From positions 294,004,001-294,068,000 of the forward strand of contig OZ024743.1 in assembly GCA_964016885.1 (NCBI GenBank): a stretch of 64,000 nt of DNA. Direction: 5' to 3'. The translations under genes were made by a program, and so were the position numbers. The stretch comes from Eledone cirrhosa (Eukaryota). Of the stretch, positions 9,429 through 21,106 are shown piece after piece (the stretch's first letter is position 1; every line of letters starts with the position of its first letter). The notes below the pieces were generated by a model. That model had not been told where the DNA came from. It saw only the letters and a list, made by a program, of their open reading frames with translations, and made no database searches.

Positions 9429-12400
9429 TTAGGCCAGAAAGTTTTCATTCGGAAAAGTTAGTAGGAGAAACACCACTAAGTTCGTTAAGTCTGGATATAC
9501 CCTTTTCATCAATTCAGCTGGGGAATTCACCATGATAGCAATATGAGTCAAGTTGATATAACCATTCCCATCAATTGGTACTTTCCCATTTCCTAATTGG
9601 GGGAGTCGGGTTGGAAACTCTTCTGTACATTGATCCCCATGTAATAAAGCTCGCATGTTAGTATTGGAGGAGAATTTCTGTACTTCATTCCATAAGTGCA
9701 AAGACTTAATGCATGCTTTTATTTCATCAGCTCTTGTTCTCCTCAGAATGACTGGTAATGTCTGTTTGAAGTCTCCTGATAAACCTAATGTAACTCCTCC
9801 CATAGATTTATTGTTGCCTCTTATGTTCTGTAAGGTCTTATCAGAGATTCCATTGCACATCTATGCGACATGGTACATTCATCCAAATTATCAGATGGCA
9901 TTGGCGCAACACTTCTGCTGAACCTGAACCTTTGCTTATGTTACAAATCGGATTGTCATTTGTAACCAGGTTTAGCGGTAATTTAAAAGCAGAATGAGCT
10001 GTTCGCCCTGGGAGATGATGCCAGATGATGCTACAGCAACTGCAATTCTTTTTGTTGGCTTACTTTGAAGAGAAGCAATGTTGCTACAAATGTTTTACCT
10101 GTGCCACCAAGAGCATTAAGAATGAACATTCCTACACTTTTTTTCTCTGACTGACGATATAATTGTATCATATGTACAGCGTTATTCTGGAAGAAGTTTA
10201 GGTTCATGTCATTCACAAATGCAGCCAATTCTGTGATGTCATAATTTATCACTCTTACTATGTCACTCGAAATTAAATCGCTAATATGACGGTTTGTTTT
10301 TGGCATTCCTGAACCAGTTTCTTGCAAATGTTTGCCTCCCATGACTAAAACTTGATCCTCAATTTCAATCAATGCTTGGTTAAAAAATTTTCAGAGAACT
10401 TAATATTGATATCTGTGGTTTCCTGATGAACTACATACTTTAAGTCCTCACAATGTTTCATGTAAAGCTGTAGGGGACTGCCAAGTTGATACATGTTCAG
10501 CATAATTGTAAAAAGGTTACGGAGTTTCCTTGGAGAATCTGACACTGATGCATCAGTCAATGCAAGGTCCCAATTCTCATCATTTTCTAAAAAACTTGTT
10601 GATAGCATGCTTCCTTATAAGTTTCACACACATGACCATTTACCCTCCTCAAAACTTGGAATGATTTGGGACAACGTACTTCATGCAAAAGGAGCCGTAA
10701 TTAGTAGCATTCTGCTTGGCTTGGGTGGGCACTGTAAACTCTTGCAAGAGGGTCAACCCCACGTTTCCTCTTGTACCATTTATTGTTTCTCCAGGTGTAA
10801 TACTTGGGTAATTCTAGGTAAAGGAGTTTTCCTGCATCTTCATCTTCTTGACCCAACTCAAAAAAAGTAGTAAGGGTAGTTTCTTTTGGAGAAAGTGCAT
10901 GTTGCAAGGATGTTTGTTTGTAAAGATAGCCCTTTGGCCATTCTCTTGATGGACCCTCAGATGAATGATGGCTGGGTGCCTCTCATGAATGGGAAAATTG
11001 AAGATGCACCAAAAAGCCTCATTGTTACTGATGTATCTTCCTCTCTCATACTATGCAACTTCGTCATTTTTATTTATCTACTGACTGACAATCTGCATAA
11101 GAGTAAATGTTGCAGCATCTAAACCTTTGTTTATACATTTGCAAACATACTTAATAGACTTAATAGAGTTGCAGAATTCAACATTGATATGGGCTTTGAA
11201 AGATTTTGTAAGAAGAGGTCAGTAGGGTACAACCCACCGATTGTCAGTTTTTGGGAAGTGAATCCACCATACCCAGGCTTTCTTCTGCAAAGGGGTTAAT
11301 CACCTTCTCCAGTTTGGGTTTCTTGTACAGAGGGGCGTGGGTAGTTCTTGGTACACTCATGCATGGAGAAGATAGTTTAATTGAACCACAGGGCCCATGA
11401 ATGATCTGGAACATGACAATTTCATGCAGCAAAGGATCTTGCTGTGGATCAGGCAGTTCAGCTGAGATAAATAAATCAATATCATTTGGCCGAAGAATGT
11501 GGCCATGTAGCAATCCCCGTTTTTGCCATTCAATTGTATACATGTCACATTTGACTGGTCCAAAGACTTCACCGTTTTTAGGAGATCCATCAGATTTATG
11601 ATTTTAAGTCTGAACACCCTAGCTCTAATATCATGGCGATCTTTGGCTTCTTGATGATGATAAAACTCACCCTTTATTTCATGACATGTTGGTTTACATG
11701 TGAATGTAATGAAGAGGTCTTGACGACCAGTGTCTGATATAGGTAAGTGCATCTTGGGTGCGCTTATGCATATACCGTGGACTTACTGCAAATCTAGATG
11801 GAAGAATAACACTAAGCTGTCCGATTTTATCAGCAGCCAATTCTCCTTCATTACTGATTATATCTCTCAGGTGAATGTAATCTGATGCACGGAGAGCTTT
11901 CTGATGTGTTCTAATGTAAAGAAGCCTTTCTCCTTCGATTTTGCACATATATCAATTTCAAATTGCTGGAAGAGCACCCGTGAACGATGAAGAATATTGA
12001 AGTTTTGTTCTCTTAATATGAAAAGGTATGCATAGAGTTCTATGCAGTTTACTGTTTTTATCAGTACCGGGCTCTTGTTTTAAAATCTGTTTTTTTTTAA
12101 TACCAAAGGGAAATACATCTTGGCCAAATACACAGATGAATGGATGGATACTGGAGTTCATTATATGATCGGTGGTTGTATTTATCCACTGCATCTTATT
12201 TCCTCTTGCTTGTCTCACCCCATACTCGTCGCCTGTAATAATTGCTGCTACTTTATTTGCGGCTTCTGTGTTCAGCAACAAGCTTTTGTGTCTGCATATC
12301 TTGTATTCAGTGGGTGGTGCAGATTCTAATGATACTTGAAGCTTCTGATTTAGCTATTGTTTGCATGCAACATATCTTACAGATCAGTGATCAATTCTTC

Positions 12401-13336
12401 TTTCAAATTTGGAAGGTTAAATGACCATTGCAAAGCCTGCTCCTTGTAATTTGCCCAAAAATATAGCTGTGAAAACTGAGGATTTTTGTCTTCAGTTGGC
12501 AACAAAGATCCAATACGATGGTACAGTATATTTGGATTTGAACTTTAAAAGTTGGCTTCATGTTCTCTTCTCTTATAATATTGCTACCAAGTATCTCATT
12601 TGGAAGGCAGAATTATAATTCCTAAAGTTTTTCAATAAGTACATGCTCCTTGGTATGTTTCATAAAAAAACCAATGCCTTCAAAGTATCTGGGCGTGTAC
12701 CAAACGTCGGTAAAACAGCCGTTCCCCCACCACACCACATAGTGGTGATTTCTCTTTCCTATTTCTTTCCTTTACAAAACCTGCACTCTTTTGACATTGC
12801 TCCAATATCAATCAATTTCTCTGTAGAATAATGTTTCTGATTATAGTTGAGAGCTGATCTTTTCCAAGTCCCTTTGAAAGGTGCAACACTTTTGTCAAAC
12901 GTATTCAGCCTATCTTGATCAAGACGCTTACGTCTTTCTTCTAAGGATTGGCAAAGTTTTGTAGCAACTGTTTGCTCCTGCTTTATTCTTGTCTAATCTC
13001 TCGCTAGCCTAATGTCTCATTGGCAACCCTGGCAGCCTGTCTTTGTCTTGCATCCTTTAAACGTATTTCTTTTGCTTCTTTTGACTCTTCGTTCCTGAGG
13101 GTTGCATTTTGTTGACGTAATTGTTCGAACCGTTTTTTCCCTTGTGACTCATTAGCCCTGCGTGAAGCAGCTCTACTCCGCTCATTTTCATGTCTTTGCT
13201 GTCGATGTGCAGGGGTCTTTAGTGACCTTGCTCTGGCTATCTGGACTAGTCTTTGCTTGACTCTAGAATACTGATCATCCACATCTACCACATGCTGATT
13301 GTTTTTACTTTCTGTGGAACGCCGCACGCACCACAC
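9429..13336 (-). pseudogene. Decayed Helitron Rep/PIF1-helicase (RepHel), 3'-truncated
   Basis: Frameshifted fragments in the expected order: R/E/Q-rich N-terminus, KIEGERLLYIR, SPRYMH, DLFITFTC, YTIEWQKRGLLHGH (HUH), HGPCG, TTLTTFF, GGTGKTF (Walker A), GDFKQTLPVI, NMRA. Confidence 0.9.
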
Positions 13337-13644
13337 ACACAGTCACTCATGTTAATAGTTATTGCTTGCCTTCGCCTCTTTTTCCACACACATCACACAC
13401 TCATGTATCTACACTAACACATATACATAAAGTATCCATCATACAGCGTCTCTCTCTCCCTCCCGTTACCCCCTTTCTTTCAACTTCTCCTATAGAAATT
13501 GTTCTCTCTCTGTGTTTCTTTCTCTCTTCTCTCTGTCTTATTCTCAATCTGTGTTTCTCTCGCTCACACATATTCTCTCTCACCCTCTGCAACTTTTCTT
13601 CTCTTTTAGTCTATGACAGTTTCTTTCACCATTTTCTTTCTTTC

Positions 13645-13836
<192 letters not shown>

Positions 13837-13955
13837 GATTAACAAAGGTTTCAATTAAAGCAGTTATTTGATATACGACCGTTTCATTAAACTAACGAAA
13901 ATGTTGCATTCCTATTAGAATAAATACTCAGATTCGATCAAATACAAATACATGT

Positions 13956-14050
<95 letters not shown>

Positions 14051-14099
14051 TATTGCTTTCACGCAATCTGTGTGTACACACTGAAAGACAACATATATG

Positions 14100-14635
14100 A
14101 CGCTGACCTCTTCATTAAGTTTAAGATTGGAGGAATTGAAACACTTCGTATGGATTCATAAATACGTGGCGCTGGTCATATCATGAACATTGGTGACAAA
14201 AGAATACAAAAAGCCCTATGTACAACCGGCTCAATGGTGGATATATATGTTTGACGACCATGGCTCAGATACAAAGACAAGCTGAACAGTAATCCTATGA
14301 ATTCAATTTATCTATGAGACATTTGAGCAAGTAGCAATGCAGCGGAAGAACTGGAGATCAGTGTGTCATAATGGGATCAGGAAATTTGAGACCGTTTGTA
14401 TCCGAAGGCTACAAGAAGCAAGAGGAAGGAGAAAAGACTATCAAACATACCACCAAAATTATCCAGTAAACCTCACTCTTGCACGATCTGTGGGCTTGGT
14501 TGGAAATCCTTGGCTGGTTTAAAATGTCATGTTCAATATAAATATCCAAACTGAATGAACTGAGTAGGTTGTTTAGATCCTCATACGTCGAAATCGATGG
14601 GAGAGTCCACCATATATGCATACGTATGTACGTAC

Positions 14636-14666
<31 letters not shown>

Positions 14667-14712
14667 TGTATGTATGTATGTATGTATGTATGTATGTATG
14701 TATGTATGTATG
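14100..14712 (+). mobile_element. Old RTE-clade LINE 3' fragment with (TATG)n tail (also ~34500-35120; deleted in unit C)
   Basis: Remnants AGHIM, RPWLRYKDKL, RKNWRSVC and a C2H2-like CTICG..KSLAGLKCH; ends CCACCA followed by (TATG)n. Confidence 0.7.
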
Positions 14713-15378
14713 TCAGGTCACCAGTTGTTGCTACAGGTAACATGTATCCCAGTACAACCTGACTCATGGTCGGGTCGTTGGCGACTAAACTGGCAACCCC
14801 ACCAAGGTTTCTTGGTGAGGAGGGTGACTTTGGACATCCTGCAGGAATAAAAACAAAACCTGTCAAAGGGCAAAGCAGCTCTTAAGAGTCAATGGCCATC
14901 CAAAATCACCGGGAGAGATGACCACTTAGCCTTTGTCAAGGCAGAATTCTAGGAGATGGAAAACTCTGATATAACACCTGCAACTCTGATGGTATCCTAT
15001 GATGTTGACTTGTTCTTCTTTTTGGTAAATATCATCTTGGTTAAGAGAGTGGGACTGGCTTTGTGCAGTGCCTTTGCTCACTATAAAAGCTTCACGGCAC
15101 AGGCATTGCTTTATGTCTGGAGATCTCTCTGCACTTGTCGTCATATGGTACCATGGGCCCAGCACTATGTGTCAATTATTGTCACAAGTGTAGTGTTTGT
15201 ACCAGAGTTTTCAAGTCGCTGGCTGGACTAAGAAGTCACACTCGTTCAGCGCATCGGTGGGGGTTCTCCTACATGGATATAAAGTAGTGGCCGTACTCGA
15301 AAACAAGTTGGCAGCCACCATGTATGTATGTATGTATGTATGTATGTATGTATGTATGTATGTATGTATGTATGTATG
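14713..15378 (+). mobile_element. Non-autonomous RTE-derived element, copy a
   Basis: RTE-like 5' motif CTAGGAGATGGAAAACTCTGA joined to a C-terminal finger HKCSVCTRVFKSLAGLRSHTRSAH and a (TATG)n tail; no RT core. Confidence 0.65.
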
Positions 15379-15938
15379 TCTTAAGAGCTCCTTTGCCCTT
15401 TGACAGGTTTTGTTTTTAGTCCTGCAGGATGTCCAAAGTCACCCTCCTCACCAAGAAACCTTGGTGGGGTTGCCAGTTTAGTCGCCAACGACCCGAGCAT
15501 GGCCATCCAAAATCATCGGGAGAGATGACCCCTTAGCCTTTGTCAAGGCAGAATTCTAGGAGAAGGAAAACTCTGATCTAACACTTGTAACCCTGATGGT
15601 ATCCAATGATGTTGACTTGTTCTACTTTTTGGTAAATATCATCTTGGTTAAGAGAGTGGGACTGGCTTTGTGCAGTGCCTTTGCTTACTATAAAAGCTTC
15701 ACGGCACAGGCATTGCTTTGTATCTGTAGATCTCTCTGCACTTGTCGTCACATGGTACCATGGGCCCAGCACTGTGTCAATAATTGTCACAAGTGTAGTG
15801 TTTGTATCAGAGTTTTCAAGTCGCTGGCTGGACTAAAAAGTCACACTCGTTAAGCGCATCGGTAGGGGTTCTCCTACATGGATATAAAGTAGTGGCCGTA
15901 CTCGAAAACGAGTTGGCAGCCACCATGTATGTATGTAT
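15379..15938 (+). mobile_element. Non-autonomous RTE-derived element, copy b, with 5' inversion (also ~54671-55230)
   Basis: 15379-15501 is the reverse complement of 14765-14887; the rest parallels 14892-15330. Confidence 0.75.
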
Positions 15939-15979
15939 GTGTGTGTACGCACACACAACACAGATACACACACACACAA

Positions 15980-16286
15980 CAGTGGCGAAGGGTAACCTGG
16001 AAAGCAGGGCATGCGGTCCAATCGCCATGGTGGAAAGTGGGGTTGTGCAGCCCCGCCCCCCCATTTCGCAAAATTATTCAGTCCTCTCCACCATTTGTAA
16101 ATGTGATGTGAGCTAATTTTAATGAGAAAATGCCCGTCTACCAACAGAATAATCTTCAGTCTTGATACTCCCCTCCACTAAACATGATGTCTCCGCATTA
16201 ATAACAACCTTTTTTGTAGAATCGAAAACAGAATTTCTGCCCCATACAATATGGTTTCAAAAACTACTAACAGAAATCTAAATTGA
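15980..16286 (-). mobile_element. Truncated 307-bp end of the hAT element (also 35783-36089)
   Basis: Starts with TIR CAGTGGCGAAGGGT; near-identical to 55272-55578. Confidence 0.88.
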
Positions 16287-16786
16287 TGAATTACGAAGAC
16301 AGAAACAAATTCAAGGTACGTCCAATATTCTATCATATATCTCAACATACAACCCAAGAAATGCGGATGCTTACAACACTATTCACAAGAACATCCCACT
16401 ACTAAAACAAAACCCAAGAATGAAAAAAGCCCTCGAAACACACAAAATAATCAAAAGCAAAAGACAACCGAAATCACTGGAAACATTACTCACCAATGCC
16501 AAATTACCCACCACAAACACACAACCAACTGTCAAAAAATGTGGTCGTTCTAATTGTGGAGCCTGCACTCAGAAACAGAATGACAGTTCATCGCCAACAA
16601 TTACGAGATCCAACCATGAGACAGATACCACTAAGCGCACATCTAGACTTATGCGCAAGTAATAAGACACCCAAATTCCAAGTCTTCCCATTTTACCTTT
16701 GCGCTAACAATACAACAGAACAAATACGAATACATAAGGAAAATATGTTTATTCAAAAATATAGACCAGCATTAAATATGGTTTAA
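16287..16786 (+). pseudogene. Penelope-like element C-terminal fragment (linker + GIY-YIG endonuclease with core deleted; also 36090-36589)
   Basis: YISTYNP..SKRQPKSLETLL..KCGRSNCGAC fused out of frame to LRNRMTVHR..HLDLC..KENMFIQKYRPALN, typical PLE endonuclease flanks; GIY/YIG core absent. Confidence 0.78.
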
Positions 16787-17283
16787 TATACATTATGTCA
16801 ACACCATAACATGCTAACCATCCAAACAGACACATACACACACACATAACACCTTCTACTTTAGAAAATAAAAACCCGAACTAAATAAACCTTAACATAC
16901 GTTTGCACTGACAATACAACAGAACAAATACGAATAAGTAAGGAAAATATGTTCATTCAAAAATATTCCTACTAAAGGAATCGTTTTCCTACACACATCC
17001 ACACACACACAATATATATATATATATTCTCTTCATTTTAACATGCTAACCATACTCCCACACACATAACACCCATACACACAAAATAACCCCCACCCCT
17101 ATACACACAACTCCTTCCCCCATTTCTTCTAATAGAATCACTTTCCTACACACATATATACACACACAAAATATATATATTCTCTCCATCTTAACATACT
17201 CCCACACACACACACACACACATAATACCAAAATACACACACACACAACTCCCTCCCCCTTCTACAAATAGAATCATCTTCCA

Positions 17284-17344
<61 letters not shown>

Positions 17345-17354
<10 letters not shown>

Positions 17355-18012
17355 CACACAAATAAACATACACACCTTTACTTGCTTTACTTCAATAGAA
17401 AATCTGAATTCTGACACCCCAGCGAACTAACCATATTCACTGAACCAGAACAATTCTCCCATCCAATTTCTCTTGACCATTATCTTCTGCTTGTCAAAAA
17501 ATTCTCTAAAAAGGCTACAGAATAGATTTCCAAATAAGGGCGCGAAAATTTGATGAAAACTTGTTCACCGTGACAGCCATAATTTCATTTATAACCAATC
17601 AAATTACGTTTATTAAAAAAAAGGCTTCGTGAGCCCCCCCCCCCTTTTTTAAGTAAAAAGAAATTCAAACACACACACACAACACACACACACACAAGCA
17701 CACAAATAAACATACATATCTTTACTTTCTTTATTCAATAGAAAATCTGAATTCTGACACCCCAGCGAACTAACCATATTCACTGAACCAGAACAATTCT
17801 CCCATCCAATTTCTCTTAACCATTATCTTTTACTTGTCATAAAATTCTCTAAAAAGGTTACAGAATAGATTTCCAAATAAGGGCGCGAAAATTTAATGAA
17901 AACTTGTTCACGTAACAGCCATAATTTCATTTATAACCAATCAAATTACCTTTATTAAAAAAAAGCCTTCGTGAGCCCCCCTTTTTTTAAGTAAAAAGAA
18001 ATTCAAACACTC
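17345..18012 (+). repeat. Two tandem copies of a ~343-bp unit downstream of the Penelope ORF (also ~37142-37810)
   Basis: TCTGAATTCTGACACCCC at 17403 and 17746. Confidence 0.9.
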
Positions 18013-18220
18013 ATATATGAAAAAACAACCTGTGACCCCCCCCCTTGTTTGAAGAACTTTGTAACGCGAACTGGCGCGAAATTTATTATAATTATTGACC
18101 AACCAATCAAATTACTTCCGAAAAGCCTGGCATTTCGAGCCACTTTTTCTATATAGAACAAGTAACATTCAGAGACCAACCAGATGTGAGAAAAACCACA
18201 GACCCTCTATCTCAACTCTA

Positions 18221-18256
18221 CTTTTGAAAAGCAGAAAAACTGCGAAACCGGTAAAG
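18221..18256 (+). ncRNA. Minimal hammerhead ribozyme motif, U3-A8 core variant (also 38023-38058)
   Basis: CTT-TTGAAAA-GCAG-AAAAA-CTGC-GAAA-CCGG-TA-AAG; lies 3' of the Penelope ORF on the same strand. Confidence 0.6.
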
Positions 18257-18391
18257 GAACCAAATAAATATATATATATTTTTAAATATAAGACTCCAGT
18301 TGCATTTTCGATTTCATCATTTTTTCTTTATACTTTCACTCGTGTAGGACACCTCGGTTATTTTTTATTTTGTAAAAAAACCTCACTTTCT

Positions 18392-18442
<51 letters not shown>

Positions 18443-18446
<4 letters not shown>

Positions 18447-19558
18447 GTGGATGAATACATCAACAGGTACGATGTACTTGTAGAAATATTCAAGTTGTTT
18501 ATAATACTTGTGGTTCAATGGTACTAATTCGAGATACCAGAACAATATAAAAAGTAGTGAAGCAAGCGGTTATCAAACAATTCTCTAAATAAATTAAAAA
18601 ACGATTTAAATAATCACCTGTTCCATTGCTGTTACCGACGGTTTCATCATTCCAAAAGATTGGAAATCCAGAGAATTTCCAATGGAAAGAAATTAATATT
18701 CAGACAGCCTATTTCCACACCATAAGGTTGCAAGCCCCATAGTAAGTAAATATTTTGCTCCCTGCCCAACGCATGCGGTCAAGCCGTTAAAATGACACAC
18801 GCGCAAAATCAGGTCGCTGATAATAGCTGTATATTATAAACATGTTGATATTGCCACTAAAATTAGCAGCATTATTCAACGTTTTGTTCTCTACATAAGA
18901 AGAAAAATTATAGAAGTGGATGAATACATCAACAGGTACAATGTACTTGTAGAAATATTCAAGTTGTTTATAATACTTGTGGTTCAATGGTACTAATTCG
19001 AGATACCAGAACAATATAAAAAGTAGCGAAGCAAGCGGTTATCAAACAATTCTCTAAATAAATTAAAAAACGATTTAAATAATCATCTGTTCCATTGCTG
19101 TTACCGACGGTTTCATCATTCCAAAAGATTGGAAATCCAGAGAATTTCCAATGGAAAGAAATGAATATTCAGACAGCCTATTTCCACACCATAAGGTTGC
19201 AAGCCCCATAGTAAGTAAATATTTTGCTCCCTGCCCAACGCATGCGGTCAAGCCGTTAAAATGACACACACGCAAAATCAGGTCGCTGATAATAGCTGTA
19301 TATTATAAACATGTTGATATTGCCACTAAAATTAGCAGCATTATTCAACGTTTTGTTCTCTACATAAGGAGAAAAATTATAGAAGTGGATGAATACATCA
19401 ACAGGTACAATGTACTTGTAGAAATATTCCTCTGGATTTCCAATCTTTTGGAATGATGAAACCGTCGGTAACAGCCATGGAACAGGTGATTATTTAAATC
19501 GTTTTTTAATTTATTTAGAGAATTGTTTGATAACCGCTTGCTTCGCTACTTTTTATAT
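18443..19558. repeat. 469-bp tandem repeat (2.1 copies) followed by an inverted partial copy (also ~38243-39358)
   Basis: AGAAGTGGATGAATAC at 18443, 18912, 19381; 19430-19558 is the reverse complement of ~19014-19142. Confidence 0.92.
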
Positions 19559-19567
19559 ATATATATA

Positions 19568-19737
19568 TCTATCTATCTAAGGCGGGTAAAATTCCCGAGA
19601 TCCATGGACGAGTTCTCTCCAGCGGTCTCTGTCCCTCATTATCGCTGCCATATCCTGCATCTCCAACAGACCAGTGTCTGTCCTTAGGGCATCAACATAT
19701 GTTAACCTTGGTCTTCCTCTTCTAGTGTGTCCATGTA

Positions 19738-19740
<3 letters not shown>
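19568..19740 (-). mobile_element. RTE-clade LINE extreme 3' fragment with (TAGA)n tail (also 39368-39540)
   Basis: Minus strand reads [53 protein letters not shown] then TAGATAGATAGA. Confidence 0.75.
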
Positions 19741-19789
<49 letters not shown>

Positions 19790-19790
19790 G

Positions 19791-19848
<58 letters not shown>

Positions 19849-19850
19849 CC

Positions 19851-19914
<64 letters not shown>

Positions 19915-19915
19915 C

Positions 19916-19958
<43 letters not shown>

Positions 19959-19960
19959 CC

Positions 19961-20050
<90 letters not shown>

Positions 20051-20051
20051 G

Positions 20052-20112
<61 letters not shown>
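19741..20112. repeat. Compound (TA)n/(TC)n/(GA)n microsatellite with a duplicated GCCCCTACA spacer
   Basis: Read directly; tract lengths differ in the copy at ~39541-39928. Confidence 0.95.
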
Positions 20113-20116
<4 letters not shown>

Positions 20117-20955
20117 TAAAATAACAGATTAAAGTTTAAGCAAAGAATCGCTGCTTTCACCCTTAACGGGATCTTCTGAAACTCAGAAATGAATATTTCA
20201 CAAAGAACGGGAATAAATGAATATAATTATTTGGAGCGGTGAAAAACAATTACACGCAAAGACATAACCACGTTTATGGTATAAAAGAAGTCGTAGACTA
20301 ATATTCTATTAGGTAGTTCATAGAGACGTTCTCTAGCAATGAACGGAAAAAACGAATACAAATGTCATATGTGGAGCGGGGAGAACAATTGCACGCAAAG
20401 ACAAAACCACGTAAATGGTATAACTGAAGTCGTAGGCTAAAATTCTAACTAGGAAACCGAATGTTAAGAATAAAGTAAATAAAATACAGAGGTAATTGAA
20501 ATTAAATAAATACATACACGCATCCATATACGTACATACACAAGCATACAAATACAAGCACGTAAAAAAAAAAAAAAAAAAAAAAAAAACCCGCACGCAC
20601 ATACAGAACCCACGCAACGCCTGTACCCGCAAGCATACGAATGTATACACCAAATACACATAAAAATATATATTAAAAAAAAAAAATATATATATATATA
20701 TGTGTGTGTGTGCGTGTATACATATAATTAAATAAACGTATATAAATAAATAAATACGTATATAACAAGCGCACACACATACCTACATGTAAATACACAT
20801 ATGTTCGGAGACGCACGTCAACCAAAACACAAAGTACACATATACACACACCCTACATACGTACGAACCCGCATACTCTATGGTTCTTATATATTTGATA
20901 TATATTTATCCTTATCGAGCCCTCTTTGGATTTTAGTCTTCAAATTTATTATTAT

Positions 20956-20994
<39 letters not shown>

Positions 20995-21040
20995 ATGAGA
21001 GAGAGAGAGAGTGAGAGAGAGAGGGAGAGAGTGAGAGAGA

Positions 21041-21106
<66 letters not shown>

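Noticed and set aside
17345-19558. CRISPR-like or prokaryotic defence array
   Set aside because: Long direct repeats without unique spacers in eukaryotic TE context; no cas genes
20146-20185. Minus-strand CAGAAGA-TCCC-GTTAA-GGGT-GAAAGC hammerhead-like motif
   Set aside because: Core U4 is mutated and there is no UH triplet or stem I; decayed at best
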